DNA from: an uncultured Chryseobacterium sp.
GTDB lineage: Bacteria > Bacteroidota > Bacteroidia > Flavobacteriales_F > PHOS-HE28
Assembly (NCBI GenBank): GCA_964394425.1
Contig: CAYMXP010000003.1
Coordinates: forward strand, 20,995-84,994
Reading direction: 5' to 3'
DNA: 64,000 bases
Shown here: positions 28,132 to 38,707 of the stretch, in pieces
How positions within the stretch are numbered: position 1 is the first letter of the stretch
Layout: each line of letters starts with the position of its first letter
The notes under the pieces: model-generated
Database searches by the model: none
Told to the model about the DNA's origin: nothing
The model's input: only the letters and a program-made list of their open reading frames with translations
Made by a program: the position numbers and the translations under genes

Positions 28132-29193
28132 TTAATTCGGCCGGTGAAGGACGCCGCCGATCGCATCGCGGCTCGCGCCCGTGACGGACCGCAGGCAGTT
28201 CGGAAGGCCGAGCCAGCGCAACAACCCCAGGAAGGCAAAGACCATGGACTCCTTGTGGTCGATCGTGCGCTCATCCGGAAGGTGGATCCCACCGGGCAGC
28301 AGTTCTCGAAGCCGCTCCACCAGGCAGGTGTTGTGCGCCCCACCGCCGGTGACCAGCGTGGCCTGGGCTCCGCTTCGGACGAGCTCCCCGGCGACCTGTC
28401 CGGCGATGTGTTCCACCACCGTGCGCATGCGGTCCGCCAGACCGATGGATCGATCGGCGATCAGGGGAAGCATCTGCTCCTCGAAGTGCTCACGCCCGAA
28501 GGAGCGGGGAGGGGGGGACGCGATCATGGCCATGCGGTCCGATCGGCGGAGCAGGTCCGCGTTCACCGATCCGGAACGGGCGATCATTCCACCCGGGTCG
28601 AACGGCCGGCCTGCTTCTTCCGCCAGCATGTTCAAGGCCTGGTTGCAGATGCATACGTCGTAGCCGACGACCGATCCGCGATGAACGGAGAGGTTGGCGA
28701 TGCCCCCCAGGTTCAGAAAGGCATCGTAGCCGGGAAACAGATCACGTTCCCCAAGCGGGACCAACGGCGCGCCCTGCCCGCCCAGCGCCACGTCCATGCC
28801 GCGGAAGTCGCAGGCCACCGGCACCCCGGTGATCGCGGCGATCACCGCCCCTGATCCGACCTGCGTGGTGAGGTGCTCTTCCGGTTTGTGGAAGATCGTA
28901 TGACCATGTGAAGCGAACACATCCGCCTTGATCCCGCGGTCCTGCATGAACCGGAGCCCGGCCTCGCCGATGAAGCGGCCCAGGTCCCTGTCAAGCCGGG
29001 TCAGTTCCAACGCCGATCCATGCATTGCGCGTTGAAGGCGCTCGCGCAGGTCGGGGGTGAAGGGTACGGCGCGGGTCGCCTGTACGGCGAAGGTCCATCG
29101 GCCTGCATTGCTGCGAAAGCCGCAGGCGGCCAGATCCAGCCCGTCCAGCGAGCTGCCCGACATCGCACCGACCACCGTCCAGGAGCCCTCCAC
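28132..29193 (-). CDS. anmK: anhydro-N-acetylmuramic acid kinase
   Basis: Family N-terminal signature VVGAMSGSSLDGLDLA and C-terminal LVTGGGAHN. The start is either GTG 29193 or ATG 29163. The 596-aa track ORF is an upstream read-through artefact antisense to the neighbouring gene. Confidence 0.85.
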   Translation of the reverse strand: MEGSWTVVGAMSGSSLDGLDLAACGFRSNAGRWTFAVQATRAVPFTPDLRERLQRAMHGSALELTRLDRDLGRFIGEAGLRFMQDRGIKADVFASHGHTIFHKPEEHLTTQVGSGAVIAAITGVPVACDFRGMDVALGGQGAPLVPLGERDLFPGYDAFLNLGGIANLSVHRGSVVGYDVCICNQALNMLAEEAGRPFDPGGMIARSGSVNADLLRRSDRMAMIASPPPRSFGREHFEEQMLPLIADRSIGLADRMRTVVEHIAGQVAGELVRSGAQATLVTGGGAHNTCLVERLRELLPGGIHLPDERTIDHKESMVFAFLGLLRWLGLPNCLRSVTGASRDAIGGVLHRPN

Positions 29194-29232
29194 GTGGGGC
29201 GAAGGTATCCGGTGCCGATGCGCCGGGGCGCA

Positions 29233-29240
29233 TACTTTTG
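29233..29240 (+). promoter_or_regulatory. candidate -7 promoter box TACTTTTG
   Basis: GCATACTTTTGGCGGCCCCAC, 26 nt upstream of ATG 29266. Confidence 0.45.
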
Positions 29241-29265
29241 GCGGCCCCACCAACACCCCGCCGCC

Positions 29266-30435
29266 ATGCAGGGAACGCTGACCCAACAAGGCTTCAACTT
29301 CGAGCTCAGTGAGGAACAGATCGCCGTGCGCGATGCCGCGCGCGATTTCGCGCAGAACGTGCTGAAACCCGGCGTGATCGAACGCGACCGCGAGCAGAAA
29401 TTCCCCAAGGAGGAGATCCGGCAGCTCGGCGAGCTCGGCTTCCTGGGAATGATGGTGAGCCCCGAATACGGCGGCGGTGGCATGGACACCATCAGCTACG
29501 TGCTCGCGATGGAGGAGATCAGCAAGGTCGACGCAAGCACCAGCGTGGTGATGAGCGTGAACAATTCGCTGGTGTGCTGGGGGCTGGAAGCCTTCGGCAC
29601 CGAGGCCCAGAAGCGCAAGTACCTCGTGCCCCTGGCCAAGGGTGAAGTGATCGGCGCCTTCTGCCTCAGTGAGCCCGAAGCCGGCAGCGATGCCACCAGC
29701 CAGCGCACCACGGCCATCGACATGGGCGATCATTACCTGGTGAACGGCACCAAGAACTGGATCACCAACGGCGGCACGGCCAGCACCTACCTGGTCATGG
29801 CCCAGACCGATGCCGCCAAGGGGCACAAGGGCATCAACACGCTCATCGTCGAGCGCGGCATGCCGGGCTTCACCGTGGGCGCGAAGGAGGACAAGCTGGG
29901 CATCCGTGGGAGCGACACGCACACCCTCATGTTCCAGGACGTGAAGGTGCCCAAGGAGAACCGCATCGGGGAAGACGGCTTCGGATTCAAGTTCGCGATG
30001 AAAACGCTGGCCGGCGGGCGCATCGGCATCGCCTCACAGGCCCTGGGCATCGCCAGCGGTGCGTATGAGCTCGCCCTTGCGTACAGCAAGGAGCGCAAGG
30101 CCTTTGGCAAGCCCATCCACCAGCACCAGGCCGTCGCCTTCAAGCTGGCCGACATGGCCACGGAGATCGAGGCGGCGCGCCTGCTCTGCCTGAAAGCCGC
30201 CTGGCTCAAGGACCAGCACCTGGATTATGCCCAGGCCAGTTCCATGGCCAAGCTCTTCGCCTCCGAGGTGGCCATGAGGCATACGGTGGAAGCCGTGCAG
30301 ATCCACGGAGGGTACGGCTACGTGAAGGAGTACCACGTGGAGCGCCTGATGCGCGACGCCAAGATCACGCAGATCTACGAGGGCACCAGCGAGGTGCAGC
30401 GGATCGTGATCAGCCGCGGCGTGCTGGGTGCCTAA
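29266..30435 (+). CDS. acyl-CoA dehydrogenase (short/butyryl-chain type)
   Basis: From ATG 29266: FNFELSEEQIAVRDAARDFAQ... and the C-terminal YEGTSEVQRIVISR. 389 aa. Confidence 0.9.
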   Translation: MQGTLTQQGFNFELSEEQIAVRDAARDFAQNVLKPGVIERDREQKFPKEEIRQLGELGFLGMMVSPEYGGGGMDTISYVLAMEEISKVDASTSVVMSVNNSLVCWGLEAFGTEAQKRKYLVPLAKGEVIGAFCLSEPEAGSDATSQRTTAIDMGDHYLVNGTKNWITNGGTASTYLVMAQTDAAKGHKGINTLIVERGMPGFTVGAKEDKLGIRGSDTHTLMFQDVKVPKENRIGEDGFGFKFAMKTLAGGRIGIASQALGIASGAYELALAYSKERKAFGKPIHQHQAVAFKLADMATEIEAARLLCLKAAWLKDQHLDYAQASSMAKLFASEVAMRHTVEAVQIHGGYGYVKEYHVERLMRDAKITQIYEGTSEVQRIVISRGVLGA

Positions 30436-31724
30436 AGCGCGGGCAGCAATTTCTCCAGCTGCGTGCCCCGCGAGCCTTTCAACAGGACCAATTTTCCACG
30501 GACCGGTCGCTCCCGCAACGCGGCGAACGCGGCATCACTGTCCGCGTGATGGGCAAGGCCGCCGGTGAGCCCGGCGAATTCCGGGCCCACGAACACGGCC
30601 TCCACCTTCAGGCGCCCGGCAAGGGCGATCAATGCGCGGTGCTCGGCGGCGCTATGGGCACCCAGTTCCTTCATGCCGCCTAGCACAACGAGCTTGGGGC
30701 GATCGGTGGCCATCGCGGCGAAATTCTCCAGCGCGGCACGCATGCTGGAGGGATTGGCGTTGTAGGCATCCAGCACCAGCTGGTTCCTGCCCGTGTCCAC
30801 GAATTGCGAGCGGCTGTTGCCGGGATCATAGCCCGCGATGGCGTTCTCGATCATCCGGATGGGCACATGGAACGTGCTGCCGATGCAGGCCGCGGCGAGC
30901 GCGTTGGGCAGGTTGTAGGACCCGATCAGCCGCGTATGGACCGCGGCGGAGGCTGAGCCTTCCCACTGCCATTGCAGGCCGAGGAACATGCCCCGCGCTT
31001 CGAGCCGGCCGTGCAGATCGGATCCGGTGACCGTGCCGTAGGTGATCCGATCCGTGCCTTCACTTTTTTTCATCAGCAACCGATCATCGGCGTTCACGAA
31101 GAGCTTCCCGCCATGCTCGCGGATGTGCCCGTAGAGCTCGGTCTTGGCCTGGATCACGCCCTCGTAGCTGCCGAACCCTTCCAGGTGCGCATGCCCGATG
31201 TTGGTGATGAGACCATGCGTGGGCTCGGCGATGGTGCATAGCGCCGCGATCTCTCCCACGTGGTTGGCGCCCATTTCCACCACCGCGATCCGATGTTCAG
31301 GCTTCAGTTGAAGCAGGGTGAGCGGCACGCCGATGTGGTTGTTCAGGTTCCCGGGGGTGGCCAGCGCGGGGCGGTCCGCGCTGAGCACGGCATGCACCAG
31401 CTCCTTGGTGGTGGTCTTGCCGTTGGTCCCGGTGATCGCGATCACCGGGATGTCGAAGCTCCGGCGGTGGTGACGGGCCAGCTCCTGCAAGGCCCGGAGC
31501 ACGTCGGTGACAAGGATGAAGCGATCGTCCGGCGCGCGGGCGGGATCATCGACCACGGCGTGGCGGCATCCGCTGGCCAGGGCCGCGCCGGCGAAGGCGT
31601 TGGCATCGAAGTTCGGGCCTTTCAGTGCGAAGAACATCCCGCCTGCGACGAGCTGGCGCGTGTCGATGCAGGCCCCCGCGCTCGCGAGGAACCGCTGGTG
31701 AAGATCACCGATGGTCACGGCCAC
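30432..31724 (-). CDS. murF: UDP-N-acetylmuramoyl-tripeptide--D-alanyl-D-alanine ligase
   Basis: Mur ligase P-loop ITGTNGKTTTKE; 430 aa. Its 3' end overlaps the convergent acd stop by 4 nt. Confidence 0.9.
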   Translation of the reverse strand: MAVTIGDLHQRFLASAGACIDTRQLVAGGMFFALKGPNFDANAFAGAALASGCRHAVVDDPARAPDDRFILVTDVLRALQELARHHRRSFDIPVIAITGTNGKTTTKELVHAVLSADRPALATPGNLNNHIGVPLTLLQLKPEHRIAVVEMGANHVGEIAALCTIAEPTHGLITNIGHAHLEGFGSYEGVIQAKTELYGHIREHGGKLFVNADDRLLMKKSEGTDRITYGTVTGSDLHGRLEARGMFLGLQWQWEGSASAAVHTRLIGSYNLPNALAAACIGSTFHVPIRMIENAIAGYDPGNSRSQFVDTGRNQLVLDAYNANPSSMRAALENFAAMATDRPKLVVLGGMKELGAHSAAEHRALIALAGRLKVEAVFVGPEFAGLTGGLAHHADSDAAFAALRERPVRGKLVLLKGSRGTQLEKLLPAL

Positions 31725-31788
31725 AAAGCAACGATCCCCCGGGGAGCCGGGGGATCGTCGGGATCGATCGCTGCTTACGATCCGCTGT

Positions 31789-33549
31789 TCACTGCTTGAG
31801 CTTGCTGCGGCGCTTTTCGTCGCCCAGGCCCACGGGGCTGCCCACGCGGGTCATCGCGCAGCGGAAGCCGATGGTGGCCGTGCTCTGGCGCTCGTCCAGG
31901 AAGCGGCGGGTGCCGGGGTTGGCCCAATAGATCCGGTCGGCCCAGCTGGCGCCCTTGAACACGCGCGCACGGTCGTTCAACAGGGTCGTGGCGAACGCAC
32001 CCGTGGCCTCGTACATCGGGTCGCCCTCCACCTCCACGTCGTAGTAAATGCTGCTCTCCTTGTCCCCGTCAAGGTAGTTGATGTTGTCGGAGATGTCGTA
32101 GTTGCGCCGGTCGATGTTCTCCTCCAGCGTCACGTTGCGGTAGCGGATGTCGCCGGGTTGGTCCGTCTGGTAATCGCTGATGCCCGAGAGCAGCTCGGGG
32201 CAGATCGCCAGGTCCTGGCCCTTGATCATGTCCACCATGTCCTGCACGCGCTGGTAGGCGGCGTCGGTCTTGCGGGTGTTCTTGAACTCGATGGATTGAT
32301 CGATCGCCGTGAGCAGGTCGTCGATCAGCTTGCCTTCCTCTTCGGTGGCGCGTCCCTGCATGCGCGTCTGGAACTCGGAAAGGAAGTACTTGATACCCTC
32401 TACGTCGTACACCACCTGGTCGTACTTGTCCTGGATGGCGCCATCGCTGTTGAGCACCTTGGTCTTGAACACGTTGCCGCGGTAGGGGCGGAAGTCATCC
32501 TTGTCCTCGGGGCTCAAGGGGCGATAGACGTCCATCACCCACTCGCTCACGTTGCCGGCCATGTTGTACAGGCCATAGTCGTTGGGCCAGTAGCTGAACA
32601 CCGGGGTGGTGATGTCGCCGTTGTCGTTCAGGCTGCCGGCAACGCCCATGTAGTCGCCCTTGCCGCGCATGAAGTTGCCGCGGAAATCGCCGAAGAAGGC
32701 TCCGCCCTTCTTGCGGCTGTCGTAGCGCACGTAGTGGCCGTTCCACGGATAGACGCGCCGCTCGATGATGCGTTCGTCCACGCTGTTGCCGATGAGGCCG
32801 TAGGCGGCGTATTCCCATTCGGCTTCCGTTGGCAGGCGATAGCGCGGCAGCAGGATGCCATCCTCCATGCGGATGTTGCGCGTGTCGCGGTTCGGGTTGA
32901 AGTCCTGCACGCCGTCCACCTTCTTGCCGCTCTCGTACTGGTTGGCCAGGTAGGCGTCGGTGGTGAAGTGGTCCTCGTTGATCTGGTTGGGATAGTGTTC
33001 GAAGAGGCCCTCGCGGATCAGGATCAGCTCGTTCACGCGGTCGCTGCGCCATGCGCAATAATCGTTGCACTGCAGCCAGTTCACGCCCACCACGGGGTAG
33101 TCACGGTAGGCCGGGTGGCGCAGGTAGTACTCCACGTAGGGCTCGTTGAAGGCCAGCTTGCCACGCCACACCAGGGTGTCGGGCAGGGCCTTCTTGTAGA
33201 TCTCCGGATAATCCGCGCTGTACACGCGGTCCAGCCAGTAGAGGTATTCGAGCCAGTAGAAGTTGGTCACCTCCACCTCGTCCATGTAGAAGGAGGAGAC
33301 CGTCACCGTGCGGGGGATGTTGTTCCAGTCGTAGGTGAGCTCGTCGGTCACACGGCCCATGGTGAACTGGCCACCCTCGATCAGGATGATGCCGGGGCCG
33401 TTCTCCTGTTCTTCGAAGGCCGCTTTCTCGAAGCCTCCGTTCTTGGAGTCGTTGTAGTTCCAGCCCGTGGCGCCGCTCTTCTCGAAGTTGCACGAGCCGA
33501 AGAGCAGGCCGGCCAGGGTGAGGATCGCGATGTTCCTTGCAGGGTTCAT
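31789..33549 (-). CDS. gldJ: gliding motility lipoprotein GldJ (586 aa)
   Basis: ATG 33549 gives MNPARNIAILTLAGLLFGSC, a lipobox. A sulfatase-modifying-factor (FGE)-like fold is suggested by RVYPWNG, GNVSEWV and GFRC. Synteny with porU/porV and murF matches what I recall for Flavobacterium johnsoniae. The upstream 198 aa of the track ORF are an artefact. Confidence 0.85.
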   Translation of the reverse strand: MNPARNIAILTLAGLLFGSCNFEKSGATGWNYNDSKNGGFEKAAFEEQENGPGIILIEGGQFTMGRVTDELTYDWNNIPRTVTVSSFYMDEVEVTNFYWLEYLYWLDRVYSADYPEIYKKALPDTLVWRGKLAFNEPYVEYYLRHPAYRDYPVVGVNWLQCNDYCAWRSDRVNELILIREGLFEHYPNQINEDHFTTDAYLANQYESGKKVDGVQDFNPNRDTRNIRMEDGILLPRYRLPTEAEWEYAAYGLIGNSVDERIIERRVYPWNGHYVRYDSRKKGGAFFGDFRGNFMRGKGDYMGVAGSLNDNGDITTPVFSYWPNDYGLYNMAGNVSEWVMDVYRPLSPEDKDDFRPYRGNVFKTKVLNSDGAIQDKYDQVVYDVEGIKYFLSEFQTRMQGRATEEEGKLIDDLLTAIDQSIEFKNTRKTDAAYQRVQDMVDMIKGQDLAICPELLSGISDYQTDQPGDIRYRNVTLEENIDRRNYDISDNINYLDGDKESSIYYDVEVEGDPMYEATGAFATTLLNDRARVFKGASWADRIYWANPGTRRFLDERQSTATIGFRCAMTRVGSPVGLGDEKRRSKLKQ

Positions 33550-33569
33550 GGGCGCGATGGTTCGTTGGT

Positions 33570-34556
33570 TCAGAACTGCGGACAGGGAACGGTGCGGAAA
33601 CGCCGGTTCTTGCGTTTGCACTTGAATTGAAGCTGCACGCTCACCTCGTGGGAACCGGCCGTGGCCGTGGTGAGCTTGCTGGTGGTGACGTCGTAGCTGT
33701 AGCCGAACTTGAACTTCTCGGTGTGGAAACCGAACAGGATGATGAACGCATCGCGTGTGCGGTACCACACACCGGCGGTGATGGGTCCGCGATCCACGTA
33801 CAGGCCCAGGTTGAACTGGCGGAAGTCGGCCTGCTGCTGGTAAAGGACGTTCGGGGAGATCCGCGTGCCGGCATCGCCGTATTTCCCACGCATGCCCAGG
33901 GGGATCGCCGCGCCGGCGTGCCCGGTGAGCTTCATCGGCAGCTTGCTGGTGCCCACGATCAGCGATTCGTTGGGCTCGGTGAGGTGATGGGCGGCGAAAC
34001 CGACCACGAAAACGTCCGAATAGCCCAGGATGCCGGCCGAGAAATCGGCATTGCCCACCGTGCCGCCACGGGGGACGTCGTTGGTGTTGTACACGAAGCC
34101 CCGGCGGGGATCGATCATATCCCCGAACGTGAGCTTGTCCCAATCGAGCGATTTCTGGAAATAGGTGGCCTGGAAGCCGGCCTTCAGGGAGAATTTCCGG
34201 GAGAGGGCCTGTTGGTAGGAGTACATCCCGCTCACCGTGGTGGTGTTCAGGGTGCCTTTGCCGGCCTGGTCATGGGTCACCAGGAGCCCAAGGCCACCGG
34301 AGATCCCTTCAACGTGCTGGTCGTAGCTCCCGCTGGTGGTCACGAAGGTGCCGCTGAGGGCCGGCCATTGGTTGCGGTAGTTGAGCACCACCCGTGGGCA
34401 GCGGGCCGTGCCGGCGAAGGCCGGGTTCAGGTAGAGCGGGTTGGCGTAGAACTGGGTGAACTGCGGATCTTGTGCGGTGACCTCCATCACCGCGATCACC
34501 CCCAGCGCCAGCCCGCCGGCCATGCGCCACAGGCCTTTTCCTATCGTGCTTCCCAT
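33570..34556 (-). CDS. PorP/SprF family T9SS membrane protein
   Basis: Signature AQDPQFTQFYANPLYLNPAFAG follows a signal peptide. The start is ATG 34556 or ATG 34523; ~320 aa of beta-barrel-like sequence. Confidence 0.8.
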   Translation of the reverse strand: MGSTIGKGLWRMAGGLALGVIAVMEVTAQDPQFTQFYANPLYLNPAFAGTARCPRVVLNYRNQWPALSGTFVTTSGSYDQHVEGISGGLGLLVTHDQAGKGTLNTTTVSGMYSYQQALSRKFSLKAGFQATYFQKSLDWDKLTFGDMIDPRRGFVYNTNDVPRGGTVGNADFSAGILGYSDVFVVGFAAHHLTEPNESLIVGTSKLPMKLTGHAGAAIPLGMRGKYGDAGTRISPNVLYQQQADFRQFNLGLYVDRGPITAGVWYRTRDAFIILFGFHTEKFKFGYSYDVTTSKLTTATAGSHEVSVQLQFKCKRKNRRFRTVPCPQF

Positions 34557-34733
34557 TGAGCGATGAGATCCCCCTTGATGAAAGGGCCAAGTATACGAAG
34601 CGCCCGGAGCTACGGTTCCTGTCCTGCCGCCTGCAATAATGCCGACCGAAGGTCGTTGGTCGTACGTTCCGAACGCGAGGGTCGAAGGTAGTAGTTTCGA
34701 TCCGACTTGTTGAAAACCTGTTGATCGCTGTTG

Positions 34734-37700
34734 ATGGCAAAGCTGAAGTTCCCCTGCCTGGCGCTGGTGTTGTCCGCCACCGCTTCCTTCAACGCCAGTG
34801 CCCAGCGCGTCATTTCCTTCACCCTCGAACGCACCGACCGGCCCAAGGAGGTCGGCGACCTCAGGCGGGCCGGTGCGGAGGAAGCCTTGTGGTTCAAGGG
34901 GGCGCACGTTGACCTGGACCGTGGGGAGCTTCCTTTCCACCATGCCTCGGTGGAGTTGGGACCTTCGGCGACCTCCTTCACGGCCGAGCTGACCGAGGCA
35001 CGCTATGGCGCGTTGACCCCGGCCGAGGTTGACGCCCTGCCTGCGCTGGCCAAGGTCGATGGCGACCCGGAGATCACCACCCGCCTCTCGTGGTACCGCA
35101 AGAAGCCCGTTGCCCTGATCGACCTGTATCCCTACCGGCTGAACCCGGCCACCCGCCAGGTCGAACTGCTGCTGTCGGCCAGGATCCTTGTTCATGAGAA
35201 GAAGGGGGACCGTGGCGGCCACAAGGCGAACGTTTATCCGGACCATTCCCGTCTTGCCACCGGCGATTGGTATCGGTTCTCCGTGGTGGAAGACGGGGTA
35301 TACAAGCTGGACCATTCCTTCCTCCAGGAGCTGGGCGTGGAGATGAACGCACTTGCTTCAGACCAGATCAACATCTATGGCAACCACACCGGCCAGCTGC
35401 CATACAAGAACACCGGGCAGCCCCCGACGGACCTTGAACTGAACGCCATTGAAGTGGTGGACGGCGGCGATGGGCAGTTCGGGCCCAACGACCACCTGCT
35501 TTTCTATGCCACGGGCGCCCAACGCTGGGTGCTGGACGACGATGAGCCGCTGTTCCGGCACGTGAAGAACGTGTACACCGATTCGGCCGTGTACTTCATC
35601 GGCATCGGCACCGATCCGCCCATGCGCATCGCCGATGCGGCGCTTTCCTCCGATCCAGCCACGCACCAGGTGACGGCGTTCAACGACCGGGGCTTCATCG
35701 AACACGATGCGGTGAACCTGATCAAGAGCGGGAGGGAGTTCTTCGGCGAGGTCTTCGACATGGTGGATGTGTACAACTACAACTTCAGCTTTCCCTACCT
35801 GCGGAGCGACGAACCGGTGACGGCCATCCTCGCCGGGGCGGCCCGGACCGTGGGAAGCGCGACCAGTTCCTTCAGCTGGACGATCGGATCCTCTCCCCCC
35901 GGCAGCGCCACGATCCCGGGGATCGGCTACGGCTATACGGCGGCCTATGCGCTCCCCTTCGATGACACGATCTCTTTCTACAGTTCCTCGTCCACCCTGC
36001 CCATCACCGTCACCTTCCAGCCCTACGACCCCATCACCTCCATCGGCTGGGCGAACTACCTGGAGGTGAACGTGCGACGCGACCTGAAATTCACCGGCGA
36101 TCAGATGGCCTTCCGCGACCTGCCTTCGGTGGGTGTGGGGAACGTGGCCGAGTTCACCCTGGACCTGGCCTCCAACGTGCATCGCATCTGGGAGATCACC
36201 GATCCGACCCGGGTGCGCAACGTGCCGTTCACCGACGCGGGTTCGACCAAGAGCTTCCGCGTGGCCAGCGACAGCCTGCGGCAGTTCATCGCCTTCCGCG
36301 ATGCGGATCACCTGGAGCCCACCGCGATCGGCCGGGTGCCCAACCAGGACCTGCATGGGATCCAGAACCCGGTGGACCTGGTGATCGTCAGCCATCCGGA
36401 CTTCCTCTCCGATGCACAACGGCTTGCCACCCGGCGGGAAGGCGAAGGCATGAGCGTGCATCTGCTCACCCCCCAGCAGGTGTTCAATGAATTCTCCGGT
36501 GGCGCGCGCGATGCCACGGCCATCAAGCGACTGATGAAGATGTTCTACGACCGGGCCGGCGCGGACAGCACCCTGTTCCCGCGGTACCTGCTCCTCTTCG
36601 GCGATGGCTCATACAACAACCTTTCGCTCTCCAGCCACAACCAGAACATGGTGCCCACCTACCAGACGGCCGACTCATGGAACCTGTCCAAATCCTACAC
36701 CTCCGACGACTACTTCGGCCTGCTCGATGATGCGGAGGGGGAGGCCGCGGGCGACCTGCTGGACATTGGCGTGGGGCGCCTGGTGGCCAGCAGCAGGGAA
36801 CAGGCGGGCGAACTCGTGGACAAGATCCTGGGCTACGACCGGCTGGCCCTGTTGAGCACGCCGGAAGCTTCATGCAACACCGGAGGGGATGGCGGAGCGA
36901 GCGACTGGCGCACCTGGGTGGTGTTCTGCTCCGATGACCAGGAAGGCGATGGCTTCGAGGGCACCATTCACATGTCGCAGAGCGATCAGCTGGCCACCAC
37001 CCTTCCGATCAGCGTGGAGAACGACCACCCGGAACTCAACGTCGTGAAGATCTACCTCGATGCCTACCAGCAGTTCAGCACACCCGGTGGGGAGCGGTAT
37101 CCCGATGCGGAGGCCGAGCTGCGCGACCGGGTGCAGAAGGGCGTGCTGGTGGTGAACTACATCGGGCACGGTGGCGAGGTGGGCTGGGCACATGAGCGGC
37201 TGCTGGACAACAGCACCATCCTGGGCTGGACCAACTTCGAGCGGCTGCCCCTGTTCATGACCGCCACCTGCGAGTTCACCCGGTGGGACGACCCGGCGCG
37301 CACCTCGGCGGGCGAATACGTGGTGCTGAACCCGAACGGCGGTGGCGTGGCCCTGATGAGCACCACGCGCCTGGCCTATTCCAACGCCAACTTCGCCCTC
37401 TCGCAGGATTTCTACACGCACGTTTTCAGCAAGACCGATGAACTGGGCCGCACCCAGTGCCTGGGCGATGTGTACCGGCAGACCAAACGCGACGCCACCA
37501 CCGCCAGCCAGACCAACCACCGCGTGTTCATGCTCCTGGGCGATCCGAGCATGCGCCTGGCACAGACCCGCATGCGGGTGATCACCACGGCGGTGACCGA
37601 CACGCTGGGCAATGCCATGGACACCCTCGGGGCGCTGGCCACCGTGCGCGTGAACGGCATCGTGGCCGATGAAGGCGGCGGCCAGCTGACGGACTTCAAC

Positions 37701-38645
37701 GGCATCGTGATCCCCACCGTCTTCGACAAGCGCAGCAACCAGAGCACGCTGGCCAACGATGGCGGCAATCCCTTCAACTTCACCGTGCGCAAGAACATCC
37801 TCTATCGCGGCAAGGCCACGGTGAGCGGCGGCGCCTTCCATTTCACCTTCGTGGTGCCCAAGGACATCGCCTACCAGGTGGGCCCGGGACGCATCAGCTA
37901 CTACGCCGAAAGCAACGCCACCAACGCCGGCGGCTACACGCACGACCCGCTGGTGGGCGGCACGGCCGATGGCGTGGCCGATGACGTGACCGGCCCGACG
38001 ATCGGCCTGTTCATGAACGACGACCGCTTCGTGCCCGGCGGCATCACCAACGAGGATCCGCTGCTGTTCGCCAAGCTCTTCGATCAGAACGGCATCAACA
38101 CCACGGGCAACAGCATCGGGCACGATCTCGTGGCCGTCCTGGATGCCGAAACCGAGAACGAGGTCGTGTTGAACGACCACTACGAGGCCGATCTGGACAC
38201 CTACCAGAGCGGGAAGGTGCGCTACCGCTACAGCGACCTGGCCGAGGGCAGCCACACGCTCACCTTGAAGGCATGGGACGTGTACAACAATTCCTCCATC
38301 CGGACCACCGAATTCGTGGTGGCCTCCAGCGAGGAACTCGCCTTGGAGCACGTGCTGAACTATCCCAACCCCTTCACCACCCACACCGAGTTCTTCTTCG
38401 AGCACAACCGACCCTGCTCCACGCTCGACGTGCAGGTGCAGGTGTTCACCGTGGCCGGCCGCCTGGTGAAGACCATCGACCGCATGCTCACCTGCGAAGG
38501 GTTCCGCGCCGAGCCGCTGGCTTGGGACGGCCTGGACGATGCCGGCGACAAGCTGGGCCGCGGGGTGTACGTCTACCGGTTGAAAGTGGCGACGCCCGAG
38601 GGCGACAAAGCCGAGAAATTCGAGAAGCTTGTGATCCTGCGCTGA
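34734..38645 (+). CDS. porU: T9SS sortase PorU (C25-like cysteine peptidase, 1303 aa)
   Basis: ATG 34734 (34731 is TTG). Signal peptide, then His motif NYIGHGG (codon 37167-37169) and Cys motif TATCEF (codon 37269-37271). It has a PorU-type C-terminal domain and is immediately followed by porV. Confidence 0.85.
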   Translation: MAKLKFPCLALVLSATASFNASAQRVISFTLERTDRPKEVGDLRRAGAEEALWFKGAHVDLDRGELPFHHASVELGPSATSFTAELTEARYGALTPAEVDALPALAKVDGDPEITTRLSWYRKKPVALIDLYPYRLNPATRQVELLLSARILVHEKKGDRGGHKANVYPDHSRLATGDWYRFSVVEDGVYKLDHSFLQELGVEMNALASDQINIYGNHTGQLPYKNTGQPPTDLELNAIEVVDGGDGQFGPNDHLLFYATGAQRWVLDDDEPLFRHVKNVYTDSAVYFIGIGTDPPMRIADAALSSDPATHQVTAFNDRGFIEHDAVNLIKSGREFFGEVFDMVDVYNYNFSFPYLRSDEPVTAILAGAARTVGSATSSFSWTIGSSPPGSATIPGIGYGYTAAYALPFDDTISFYSSSSTLPITVTFQPYDPITSIGWANYLEVNVRRDLKFTGDQMAFRDLPSVGVGNVAEFTLDLASNVHRIWEITDPTRVRNVPFTDAGSTKSFRVASDSLRQFIAFRDADHLEPTAIGRVPNQDLHGIQNPVDLVIVSHPDFLSDAQRLATRREGEGMSVHLLTPQQVFNEFSGGARDATAIKRLMKMFYDRAGADSTLFPRYLLLFGDGSYNNLSLSSHNQNMVPTYQTADSWNLSKSYTSDDYFGLLDDAEGEAAGDLLDIGVGRLVASSREQAGELVDKILGYDRLALLSTPEASCNTGGDGGASDWRTWVVFCSDDQEGDGFEGTIHMSQSDQLATTLPISVENDHPELNVVKIYLDAYQQFSTPGGERYPDAEAELRDRVQKGVLVVNYIGHGGEVGWAHERLLDNSTILGWTNFERLPLFMTATCEFTRWDDPARTSAGEYVVLNPNGGGVALMSTTRLAYSNANFALSQDFYTHVFSKTDELGRTQCLGDVYRQTKRDATTASQTNHRVFMLLGDPSMRLAQTRMRVITTAVTDTLGNAMDTLGALATVRVNGIVADEGGGQLTDFNGIVIPTVFDKRSNQSTLANDGGNPFNFTVRKNILYRGKATVSGGAFHFTFVVPKDIAYQVGPGRISYYAESNATNAGGYTHDPLVGGTADGVADDVTGPTIGLFMNDDRFVPGGITNEDPLLFAKLFDQNGINTTGNSIGHDLVAVLDAETENEVVLNDHYEADLDTYQSGKVRYRYSDLAEGSHTLTLKAWDVYNNSSIRTTEFVVASSEELALEHVLNYPNPFTTHTEFFFEHNRPCSTLDVQVQVFTVAGRLVKTIDRMLTCEGFRAEPLAWDGLDDAGDKLGRGVYVYRLKVATPEGDKAEKFEKLVILR

Positions 38646-38707
38646 TGACCCATCCCCCCGAGCATGCCCGGCTATATTTGCCGCCCGTTTTTCGCTACGC
38701 CTTGTTG

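Noticed and set aside
28132-29922. 596-aa ORF suggesting a large fusion protein upstream of AnmK
   Set aside because: Only the C-terminal ~350 aa match AnmK. The N-terminal 240 aa are antisense to the well-supported acyl-CoA dehydrogenase gene, and a promoter-like box sits between the two.
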